A DNA stretch of 57,053 nt from Poseidonia sp. (lineage in GTDB: Archaea > Thermoplasmatota > Poseidoniia > Poseidoniales > Poseidoniaceae). The notes under the pieces are model-generated. The model saw only the letters and a program-made list of their open reading frames with translations, was not told the DNA's origin and searched no databases. Below, one piece after another: positions 18,120-26,102 of the stretch (the stretch's first letter is position 1; each line of letters begins with the position of its first letter). Location of the stretch: the NCBI GenBank assembly GCA_038118245.1, contig JAYOHN010000004.1, positions 1-57,053 of the forward strand, written 5' to 3'. The position numbers and the translations under genes were made by a program.

Positions 18120-19637
18120 CTAGGGGTTGCTGGACGTCAATCTCCGTTGGAGGACGAGAACCGCCACCAACCATGCGCCCAGCACGGTGATCGTTGGAAC
18201 GCTCGGCGTCACTTCGGGCTCGTACCCTCCAAGGGATTCTTTTTCGAGCAGTTCCTGAATGTCAGCAGCGACATCCTCCGGTCGCCAATCCTCTCCTGCC
18301 CAGGCAACCACCGGCTCCCTTGCGGGGTTCAAGATGTAAACGATGGTCGAGTGGCCCACGGTGTATTCCTCTGAAGTCTCTGAAACACACGACAAACGGT
18401 CGTTTTCTGCCCAGGTGTACCCGCTGTCGCACATGCAGTGCATCCCGTCTCCGCTGCCCATGACCCAGCCATGCCCGTTGCAGGCGTCTTCGTCGGTTTC
18501 GGTCGCCACCGGTGAAGGCAGGGTCGAGGCGTTGGTGGAGGAGGGCGCCCAAGCGATGTGACCGGGTTGAGTGAGGCCGTCCATGCCGACCTCGGAGGCC
18601 CCCCAGCTTGCCTCGGTTTCGTTCCACACGAGGAGGCTCCACCACCAGGAGGCGTTGCTCGGGGCAGCGACATCGTCCAAAGAGGAGAGGTAATGTCCCC
18701 ACGCCGTGCTCTCAACGGTGTTGTTGATGGCTGCGCTTTCGAGTACCCCACGGGTTAAATGGTAGGCAGTGAGATGTTCGTGGGCCATGATTTCTTCGCT
18801 TCCGTTTGGCCACAGAACCGTCATGCTCAGGGCTTGGTCGCTGCTCGGGCTTGTCAAGTTGGACCGGTTGGCGGAGGAGGCCGCCCAAGCGATGTGGGGG
18901 TTTTGCAAAGCGTCCACATCGTCCATTCCAACCGGACTTGGTTCCCACATGGTGGTGGTTTGGTTCCAAACGTTCAGTTCCCAATACCATTCTCCGTCCT
19001 GAGGTGCGTCAACGCCGTGAAGGCCGTGAAGCATGGTACCAAAGGAAGAGAGCGATGTGTTCAACGACCAATTTTTCTCCTCGGCAAAGAGTTCTGTAGC
19101 TCCTGTTGCATTGAGGTTGAACATGTACTGCCCGTCGGCACTCTCGGTCCCCGCCAGCGTTACGGACGATTCGGCGGGTTGATAGTCGGCGACATGAGCC
19201 TCAATGACGGCGTTTTGCACAACCACCCCAAACGTGGCCCATACCGGTTCGAGTTCTTCGACCGTTCCCGTGAGGTGCGGCCAGTCAACGCCGTGCAGTT
19301 CAGCGTACTCCGCCAGCCGCGTAGGGCTGTCGTGTTCGGGGTCAACGGTGATGGAGACAAAGGTCACGTCCTCCCGTTCCCGGTCGGTCAACAACCCGTC
19401 AACACTCTTCAGGGATTGCGTGATGACCGGACAGACGTCGGGGCAACGGGTGAAGATGAACGACACCACGACCACCCCTTCGCTGTCAAAGTCAAACGAG
19501 TACGGTTGTTCGGTGTGATCGGTCAACTGAAAGCCCTCAATGGGTCCTCGAGCGAGCTGGCTTCCTTTGTACGCTTCAACCGGTCCCAGAAGGAAAAGGC
19601 AGAGGATACCAAGTGCTAGAATCTGGCGAACAGCCAT
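18120..19637 (-). CDS. SCO1/SenC-family copper chaperone interrupted by a ~270-aa insertion; C-terminal TM anchor
   Basis: 505 aa. The N-terminal thioredoxin-like half is VVVVSFIFTRCPDVCPVITQ...VTFVSITVDPEHDSP. The C-terminal half with the conserved His is EEYTVGHSTIVYILNPAREPV. Between them are two homologous repeats and a Cys-rich motif. Confidence 0.8.
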   Translation of the reverse strand: MAVRQILALGILCLFLLGPVEAYKGSQLARGPIEGFQLTDHTEQPYSFDFDSEGVVVVSFIFTRCPDVCPVITQSLKSVDGLLTDREREDVTFVSITVDPEHDSPTRLAEYAELHGVDWPHLTGTVEELEPVWATFGVVVQNAVIEAHVADYQPAESSVTLAGTESADGQYMFNLNATGATELFAEEKNWSLNTSLSSFGTMLHGLHGVDAPQDGEWYWELNVWNQTTTMWEPSPVGMDDVDALQNPHIAWAASSANRSNLTSPSSDQALSMTVLWPNGSEEIMAHEHLTAYHLTRGVLESAAINNTVESTAWGHYLSSLDDVAAPSNASWWWSLLVWNETEASWGASEVGMDGLTQPGHIAWAPSSTNASTLPSPVATETDEDACNGHGWVMGSGDGMHCMCDSGYTWAENDRLSCVSETSEEYTVGHSTIVYILNPAREPVVAWAGEDWRPEDVAADIQELLEKESLGGYEPEVTPSVPTITVLGAWLVAVLVLQRRLTSSNP

Positions 19638-19651
19638 ACGGGTTCACACCT

Positions 19652-20047
19652 TCAGCGCTGAGAGGCGTAATCCCAGTTTGGTGTGCACCAGGAGGGCAGT
19701 TCGGTGACAGCCCCGGGATTGGACAAACCGATGCCCCAAAGCATCAGCAAAACGAACAACACGGGGAAGAGGGCTGTGCGGGTGTACACCCGAGGATCGC
19801 CCTTCAGGTGCATGAAGTATGCAGCAATGCCGTAACCCTTGACGATGCCAACCCCGATGAGGATGGCCCAAACCACCGAGAGCGTGATCTCGATGTCCGT
19901 GCCCGGTACCGTTTCAAAGAAGACCGCTCCAACCTCAAAAACCGTGAAAATCATCAAGATGACGAAATTCCAAAAGTAAATGTCAAAATTGCCGGGCATT
20001 TTCTCGACGAGCGACTCAAAAATTCCAGATGTTTCGTGTTCTCCCAT
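19652..20047 (-). CDS. Cytochrome c oxidase subunit IV-like small membrane protein
   Basis: 131 aa with three hydrophobic helices. The motif GYGIAAYFMHLKGD is typical of prokaryotic subunit IV family proteins. It sits between coxC and sco with 9- and 14-nt gaps. Confidence 0.65.
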   Translation of the reverse strand: MGEHETSGIFESLVEKMPGNFDIYFWNFVILMIFTVFEVGAVFFETVPGTDIEITLSVVWAILIGVGIVKGYGIAAYFMHLKGDPRVYTRTALFPVLFVLLMLWGIGLSNPGAVTELPSWCTPNWDYASQR

Positions 20048-20056
20048 GTTTTCACC

Positions 20057-21427
20057 TCAATACAGATAGAAGGCTGGGAAGATGACCACCCAAGCCAAGT
20101 CGACAAAGTGCCAGTACAGGCCGAAATACTCAATGCCCTGCCCGTTCTTTTCGTCATAGCCAACCGTGTCGGCTTTGAAAATGAGGTAGAGCATGACAAG
20201 CAAGCCGATGAAGACGTGAAGTCCGTGAGCGCCTGTAGCGACGTAGAAGATGGAGGCCGCCTGTCCGGTGGTTCCAGAGGCACCGATGGTGAATCCTTCA
20301 GCCACAAGGTGGCTCCATTCGACAAGTTTCAACACGATGAACATCGAACCGAGGAGGAAGGTAGCGATGAGGTAGTTGCGAACGGCCGCCTTTTTGGTGG
20401 GCATCAACTTGCCCATCACGCCTTCTGGTGCCGACCAGTCCTTGCTCTTCGCCGTCTTGAGAGCCAACACGATGGTGTAGGAGGAAATGATCAGGGCGAA
20501 GGTGTTGACAGCACCCGGCAGGAGTGTCATGAAGTCGCCTTGACCTCCAAGCCCGTCGAGCATACCGCCGTTGGGCCTGAGGAAATCTGATGCGGTGAGG
20601 GTGTCGACGGCCGAGCAGTTCTCGTTGCCGGCGTTCACCTGCCATTGCGTGCACCATTCCGTACGCATGCGAAGGTAAGAGGAAAAGAACGTGGCGAAAA
20701 CCATCACTTCGGACATGATGAACACCCAAAGTCCGGCTTTTCGGATGTGCTCGCCGGCAAACCAAGCGTCGGTTTCGGTGGCGATTTGCTCGTGGTTGCC
20801 GATGAACGGCAGGTCCTCTCGCCACCAGTTTGCGACACCAGCGGTGACGAACAACAGCCCCACCATGCTCAATCCGAGGTCACCGAGGTTCGCGTCCACG
20901 CCCGAGAGCATGTTGCCGAGGGTGGCTTGGAACGAGGGGAATCCCATCAAGAACAGCATGATGCCCAACGAGAAAACGATGGGTGAGCCTGAGCCGTGGT
21001 GCTCATGGTCGTCACCGCCGTAGCCGTGGTCGTCGTGACCGTGGTCGTCGGGGAACACCGAGTTGAGGAAGCCACCCAAACCGATGAAGGAGGCGTAGGT
21101 GAAACACATCAACAGAATGGTGATGCCCGCCGTCCGCCAAGTCAAGTAGGAAAGGTGGGCTTCGACTTCATGGTGGTGAGCCTCATCTTTGAGGGTCTTC
21201 AGCGCAGCAATTTCTGCTTCAGAGGCGTTGTCGGCATTGGCTTTCTCGTAGTCGTACTTCGCATCTTCGTAGTGGTGCATCGCATCCTCGTACGCGACAT
21301 GCTTGGCGTTGGCGATGCCAACACCCATCGTCGCAAAGGCGAGCAAACCGATGGCAACAAAGACGCCACCAAACAACACGGCTCGCATCCAAATGCTGTT
21401 TTCCACGTGTGCTTCTCCGCCGCTCAT
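20057..21427 (-). CDS. coxC: Cytochrome c oxidase subunit III with a ~225-aa N-terminal membrane extension
   Basis: 456 aa. The C-terminal core carries GLWVFIMSEVMVFATFF ... GAHGLHVFIGLL ... FGLYWHFVDLAWVVIFPAFYLY. The N-terminal part has extra TM helices and the loop DDHGHDDHGYGGDDHEHHGSGS. A 4-nt AUGA overlap joins it to coxA. Confidence 0.85.
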   Translation of the reverse strand: MSGGEAHVENSIWMRAVLFGGVFVAIGLLAFATMGVGIANAKHVAYEDAMHHYEDAKYDYEKANADNASEAEIAALKTLKDEAHHHEVEAHLSYLTWRTAGITILLMCFTYASFIGLGGFLNSVFPDDHGHDDHGYGGDDHEHHGSGSPIVFSLGIMLFLMGFPSFQATLGNMLSGVDANLGDLGLSMVGLLFVTAGVANWWREDLPFIGNHEQIATETDAWFAGEHIRKAGLWVFIMSEVMVFATFFSSYLRMRTEWCTQWQVNAGNENCSAVDTLTASDFLRPNGGMLDGLGGQGDFMTLLPGAVNTFALIISSYTIVLALKTAKSKDWSAPEGVMGKLMPTKKAAVRNYLIATFLLGSMFIVLKLVEWSHLVAEGFTIGASGTTGQAASIFYVATGAHGLHVFIGLLVMLYLIFKADTVGYDEKNGQGIEYFGLYWHFVDLAWVVIFPAFYLY

Positions 21428-23751
21428 TCTTCCGCCCCCTTGGGTTCAGCCTTCCAGAGCTTTTCACCGAGGCTCGGCGCATCGTCGTCGTGGTGGTGGC
21501 CGTAGATTTCGTTCATGTCGTGCTGTGTGGGGATGTCGTGGAAGGACGGCGTTGGTGGAGGGGATGTGGTTGACCACTCGAGCGACCAGCCACCCCACGG
21601 GTCCTTGCCCACGGGTTCACCGCGACGTGCTGAATAGAGGATGTTCCACACCAAGAGCAGTTGGCTGATGCCGAAGATGAAGGCGAACGTTGAGACCGCC
21701 ATGTTGTATTCAGCAAACCCGGATTCAATCGTGTAGGTGTGCGTACGACGAGGCATGCCCATGATGCCCAAAGCGTGCATGGGCCAGAAGGCGGCGTTGT
21801 AGGACGCAAAGCCGATCAAGAAATGCCAGAGGCCCAATGTTTCGTTCAACTTTCGCCCTGTGGCCTTGGGGAACCAGTAGTAGACGGCGGAGAACAGGGC
21901 GAAGACGGTGCCTCCGATGAACACGTAGTGGAAGTGGGCGACCACGAAGTAGGAATCATGGAAGTGAATGTCCAGCCCTGCAACGGGGAAGAACATCCCC
22001 GAAATGCCGCCGAGGGTAAAGGTGACGAGGAAGCCCAAGGACCACAGCGTGTGGGTCTTCATGACCAAGGAGCCGCCCCAAAGCGTGGCGAGCCAGTTGA
22101 AGATTTTCGCACCCGTTGGAATGGCGACGAGCATGGTGGTGATCATGAACGCTGCTCGCCAGAAGGGGTCCATTCCTGAAGTCAACATGTGGTGGCCCCA
22201 AACGATGAAGCCGACGATGCCGATACCGGCCATGGCGAACACCATCGATTTGTAACCGAAGATGGACCGCCGAGCGGACGTGGCCAGCACTTCGGACACG
22301 ATACCGAATGCAGGAACGATGACCACATACACTTCGGGGTGCCCAAAGAACCAGAACAAATGTTGGAACAAGAGCGGGTCGCCGCCGGCGACGAAGAACT
22401 GCGTGCCGATGGTGTGGTCGAAGAGCAAGAAAGCCACGCCGATGATGAGCGCAGGCAGCGACATGAACAGCATGAACACGCTGATGAAGACCGACCATGA
22501 GAAGAGGGGCATTTTCATCCAGGTGACACCGGGTGCCCGCATCGTGAACACGGTGGTGATGAAGTTCACACCGCCCAACGTGGAGGAAGCGCCGAGCATC
22601 ATCATGCCGGAGATGAACGCCGTCGTGCCCGGGTTTGAGCCGTAATCGGCCATGGTGGAGCCGAGGTTCGCCTCGTTCAGGGAGGAGTAAGGCGGGTACA
22701 TCACCCACGTGATGTCGGCCCCTTCGCCCGACCAAATGCCGGTAAAGATGAGGGGTGCGGAGAACACGAGCAGCCAAAGCCCCATGGCGTTGATGCGTGG
22801 GAAGGCCAGGTCCTTGGCGCCGATTTGCAAAGGCAAAACGTAGTTCATGAAGCCAGCGATCATGGGCATGGCGGCCAAGAAGATCATCGTGGTGCCGTGA
22901 AGGGTGAAGAACGAGTTGTATTCGTCGTAGGTGAGGAAATCGTTCTCAGGCAGCGCGAGCTGAATGCGGAAAAGCAATGCGAGCAACCCACCAACAAGGA
23001 AGAAAAAGAAGCCAAACAGGAAGTACATGATGCCGACTTCCTTGTGGTCCGTCGTGGTCAACCAAGGCTTCAGGAAGCCCCAGAAGCGTTGCATGGTGAA
23101 GGTTTCCGGTGAGCGTCGGTAAAACACCCAAAGGACGCCGACGAAAATGAGGCCGGCCGCCAAGCCGATGGAGGTCAGGAAGATGATGAGGGCGCTGGCG
23201 CTTGCGGCCACAGCTCCGGCGTTGATGCCGGGAATGTCCAACTGGACGACGTTCCAATGGTCGCCGCCTGAGCCTGCACCGCCGTTGACGGCGTTGCCGT
23301 ACACCGTCATCTCAACGTTGAGGTCATCGGCGGCAGGTGCCGTCCACTCAAAGGTCCAAGACCGCACGGTGTTGGCTTCTTCGGTGTGGGTCAACCCGCC
23401 GTCCATCACATGGCCTTGAGATTCGGGGACCGCAACGACCTCGCCGTGCGAAGCGAGAATGCGGTAGCCGCCTGCTCGACCGTTCCACGGGTCGTCGCCT
23501 TCAAGCGAGCCACCGTTGTAAAGTTCCATCACGTCGTTGACCACGGTCACGGTGAACGTGTAGGTCTCGCTGGCGTTGTAGGTCGAGGGCAGGCCGTCGA
23601 CCAGAACGGTGGTGTCGGGTGAGGCTCCCCCGTGGCATGTGCACCCTTGGTCACCGGCCGAGCCGATGCCGGCCGGGGCTGCGGTGAACTGGGGTGCAGC
23701 CATCAAGGCGACCAAGAGGAGGCCGAGGAGCAGGGTTGCTCGACTGCGCAT
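21424..23751 (-). CDS. coxA: Cytochrome c oxidase subunit I with a ~190-aa secreted N-terminal domain
   Basis: 775 aa. The core carries HLFWFFGHPEVYVVIVPAFG, GHHMLTSGM and the VAHFHYVFIGG motifs. The N-terminus has a signal-like MRSRATLLLGLLLVALMAAP followed by a beta-rich domain. Confidence 0.9.
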   Translation of the reverse strand: MRSRATLLLGLLLVALMAAPQFTAAPAGIGSAGDQGCTCHGGASPDTTVLVDGLPSTYNASETYTFTVTVVNDVMELYNGGSLEGDDPWNGRAGGYRILASHGEVVAVPESQGHVMDGGLTHTEEANTVRSWTFEWTAPAADDLNVEMTVYGNAVNGGAGSGGDHWNVVQLDIPGINAGAVAASASALIIFLTSIGLAAGLIFVGVLWVFYRRSPETFTMQRFWGFLKPWLTTTDHKEVGIMYFLFGFFFFLVGGLLALLFRIQLALPENDFLTYDEYNSFFTLHGTTMIFLAAMPMIAGFMNYVLPLQIGAKDLAFPRINAMGLWLLVFSAPLIFTGIWSGEGADITWVMYPPYSSLNEANLGSTMADYGSNPGTTAFISGMMMLGASSTLGGVNFITTVFTMRAPGVTWMKMPLFSWSVFISVFMLFMSLPALIIGVAFLLFDHTIGTQFFVAGGDPLLFQHLFWFFGHPEVYVVIVPAFGIVSEVLATSARRSIFGYKSMVFAMAGIGIVGFIVWGHHMLTSGMDPFWRAAFMITTMLVAIPTGAKIFNWLATLWGGSLVMKTHTLWSLGFLVTFTLGGISGMFFPVAGLDIHFHDSYFVVAHFHYVFIGGTVFALFSAVYYWFPKATGRKLNETLGLWHFLIGFASYNAAFWPMHALGIMGMPRRTHTYTIESGFAEYNMAVSTFAFIFGISQLLLVWNILYSARRGEPVGKDPWGGWSLEWSTTSPPPTPSFHDIPTQHDMNEIYGHHHDDDAPSLGEKLWKAEPKGAEE

Positions 23752-24734
23752 CAGTACGCACCTCCTTCGCTGCCGTCATCGGTTTTCTTGACGCCCGTGT
23801 CGGTTGAGCAATCCATGCCCTCCGCGGCGACGATGGTGACTTCGCCAATCATCAACGAGTGTTGGTTGCCGCAGTATTCTGCACATCGAATTGGGTACGT
23901 ACCGGGGTCGTCGGCCATGATGGTCATGTAGGTGCCGCCTTCAATGCCGGGGACCAAATCTTCTTTCACACCCCATTCGGGCAACCAGAAGGAATGTTGC
24001 ACACCGACGTAATTCGGGTTGGAATCATCGTGGGGCATGGAATGCATCTCGAACACCACTTTCTGATCGCAAGGCAAGATCATCGGCTCGCCAAGGGCTG
24101 ATGAGAAGGTGTGACCTTTGGGGATGTACATCCACGTGTGGAGCACCGCACCATCGGTATCCGTCACGTGGACGGTTCCGAGAACAAAGGGGTTGTAGGC
24201 TTCAGCGATGGTCTCCGTGCCCGTCAACTGGTCCAAGGTGCCTTCGCCGCTGCTTCCGTCGCCTTTGGTCCATGAGATGTTGACCGCTTCGGTGTTGGTG
24301 CTGGTCACGCTCAGTTCGGTGCCGGACCACGTCACGTCAACACCGCTCAAGGAAGGGTCGTCCTCCCAGGTGAGGCCGTCCGTGTAGGTGTATTCCCAAA
24401 ACCATTGTTTTCCGGTGATTTTCATGTTGTGGACGTCCTCGTCCTCCGGGTCAAAGTCCCACACGGCCGTGTTTGAGGACAGGGCCAGCACGACGAGCCA
24501 AGCCACGATGAGGGTGGGCAGGACGTAAAAGAACACCTCGAGGGTGGTGTGGTGCCGATCAACGGGGAACGACCCCACCTCGATGTGGTCGACATGTGTG
24601 GTGTCGGGCTCAACACCGTCTCGGTAGCGAATCATGGCCAAAAACATCCAGCCGAACGTGAAGATGCCGACCAGAATGGACCAAAACATGAACTTATCAT
24701 AGAGAACAGAGAATACCGTATCTTCTGCTACCAT
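23751..24734 (-). CDS. coxB: Cytochrome c oxidase subunit II (CuA subunit) with an insertion in the cupredoxin domain
   Basis: 327 aa with two N-terminal TM helices. The CuA ligand set is VQHSFWLPEWG ... RCAEYCGNQHSLM. About 85 extra residues lie between GKQWFWEYTY and PMILPCDQKVVFEMHS. Confidence 0.9.
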   Translation of the reverse strand: MVAEDTVFSVLYDKFMFWSILVGIFTFGWMFLAMIRYRDGVEPDTTHVDHIEVGSFPVDRHHTTLEVFFYVLPTLIVAWLVVLALSSNTAVWDFDPEDEDVHNMKITGKQWFWEYTYTDGLTWEDDPSLSGVDVTWSGTELSVTSTNTEAVNISWTKGDGSSGEGTLDQLTGTETIAEAYNPFVLGTVHVTDTDGAVLHTWMYIPKGHTFSSALGEPMILPCDQKVVFEMHSMPHDDSNPNYVGVQHSFWLPEWGVKEDLVPGIEGGTYMTIMADDPGTYPIRCAEYCGNQHSLMIGEVTIVAAEGMDCSTDTGVKKTDDGSEGGAY

Positions 24735-24763
24735 GCAACCACCCTGTTCAACCGGCCGTGTAG

Positions 24764-24803
24764 CCCCCCCTTAAGCGTTTGTTGGGGGGGGTTTGAATCC
24801 CCC
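24764..24803 (-). promoter_or_regulatory. Pair of mutually exclusive G/C-run hairpins upstream of coxB
   Basis: The plus strand has C7 (24764-24770), a 13-nt spacer, G8 (24784-24791), TTTGAAT, then C5 (24799-24803). The central run can pair with either flank. The element lies 30-70 nt upstream of the coxB ATG (24734). Confidence 0.4.
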
Positions 24804-25109
24804 TTTGTTCGCCCTGCCTTTCGGCGAGCGGGTAAGCGTTTTTTTCGCGAATTTTTGGAGAGAAAATTGAACGATTTGGCCACCCGTAACATCCTCACCG
24901 TGACTTCACCGGAGGTGTGGCTTAAACCCCCAGCCGCAAAGGTTCATTGTCCCAGACAAATCCTATCATTTCCGTAAATTGAAACCGATAGCGTCGGCCT
25001 GCGGGAAGCGCTCCGATGCGACGCTCCTTGGTGAACGAACAACACCTTCTCCAGACGAACCTTCATCACCGTCGAGACGAACCCGTCCTCCGAGGCAGTG
25101 CTCGCATGA

Positions 25110-25649
25110 TTGGACGGTGTTCCCTTGGCCAGTGATCCGCTCCACGGCAACATCAGAGGCCCTTCCAACGCGGACCAACGATGGCACAAAGCAGCTCAAG
25201 CCCTGGCAGAGGTCCGCCGACGGAACAGGGAGGTTGGCGTCGGGATTCTCGTAGAAGGGCGCCGCGACCGTCGGGCGTTGGAACGGTTGGGGTTCACCGG
25301 GCCGATTGAATTGCTTCACCGAGGATGGCCCGTTGACGACGTCGTGCTCAAATTGACCGAACAATACGGTCGAACAAACGCCATCGACGGTGGCCCAAGT
25401 TTGGTCCTCTTGATGGACTGGGACCGCACAGGGGGGCGATTGCAAACGACGTGCAGGAAGAACCTTGAATCGTTGGACGTCAAATTTGATGAAACCTTGC
25501 GAGCGGTGCTGACGGTTTGCTTGAAGCCCGAAACCCGGGTGGTGGAAGGGTTGTCGGGGCTTGTGGAGGTGTTGTTGCCGTTGCTGGACCTTTACGACGA
25601 GGGAGCCCTTACGAACGGTCCGGGAGAGAAGGAAACGCATCTTCCTTGA
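25110..25649 (+). CDS. Small Toprim-domain protein (primase-like / RNase M5-like family)
   Basis: 179-aa ORF with a TTG start. VGILVEGRRDRRALERLGF carries the Toprim Glu, and LVLLMDWDRTGGRL is the acidic DxD-like motif. The start codon is uncertain. Confidence 0.5.
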   Translation: MDGVPLASDPLHGNIRGPSNADQRWHKAAQALAEVRRRNREVGVGILVEGRRDRRALERLGFTGPIELLHRGWPVDDVVLKLTEQYGRTNAIDGGPSLVLLMDWDRTGGRLQTTCRKNLESLDVKFDETLRAVLTVCLKPETRVVEGLSGLVEVLLPLLDLYDEGALTNGPGEKETHLP

Positions 25650-26067
25650 CCGTGTTGAGGACAACGTGCGTGTAGGACCGTGCGACACCGTCAAGGGTGA
25701 ACACCGTCTTCGTCAAGTTGTCCAAATCGCTTCGGTCTTGAACGCGAGCCAAGACGATGGAGTCCCAATCACCGGTCACGTCGTACACAGCGAACACCCT
25801 CGGGTCGGCGGCAATCCGTTGTTGGACATCGATCATGCGTCCTTTGACGATGCGAAGGCCCGCCATGATGGTCATGGACCAACCGAGTTCCTGAGGATTG
25901 AGCACCGGGCGATAGCCCACCACGATGCCTTCGTCTTCAAGGCGGCGTATCCGATTGGTGACGGTTCCTTGAGCAATCCCCAGCGTACGGGCAAGGTGTC
26001 GGTGACTCGCCCTTGCGTCTTCGTTCAACAAGCGCAAGAGGGCGATGTCGGTCTCGTCCAGGTTCAT
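25609..26067 (-). CDS. Lrp/AsnC family transcriptional regulator
   Basis: 152 aa. The wHTH is LDETDIALLRLLNEDARASHRHLARTLGIAQGTVTNRIRRLEDEGIV. The C-terminal RAM domain is ...AVYDVTGDWDSIVLARV. Confidence 0.85.
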   Translation of the reverse strand: MNLDETDIALLRLLNEDARASHRHLARTLGIAQGTVTNRIRRLEDEGIVVGYRPVLNPQELGWSMTIMAGLRIVKGRMIDVQQRIAADPRVFAVYDVTGDWDSIVLARVQDRSDLDNLTKTVFTLDGVARSYTHVVLNTVKEDAFPSLPDRS

Positions 26068-26102
26068 CGTTGAAGGAGAAACAGCGGTTGCACTTCAAGG
26101 CT

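Noticed and set aside
23632-23643. CTCH in CoxA as a heme c attachment site
   Set aside because: The canonical site is CXXCH, with variants that have longer spacers. C-x-C-H is not a known heme c motif, so I report it only as a possible metal ligand cluster and not as a cytochrome c domain.
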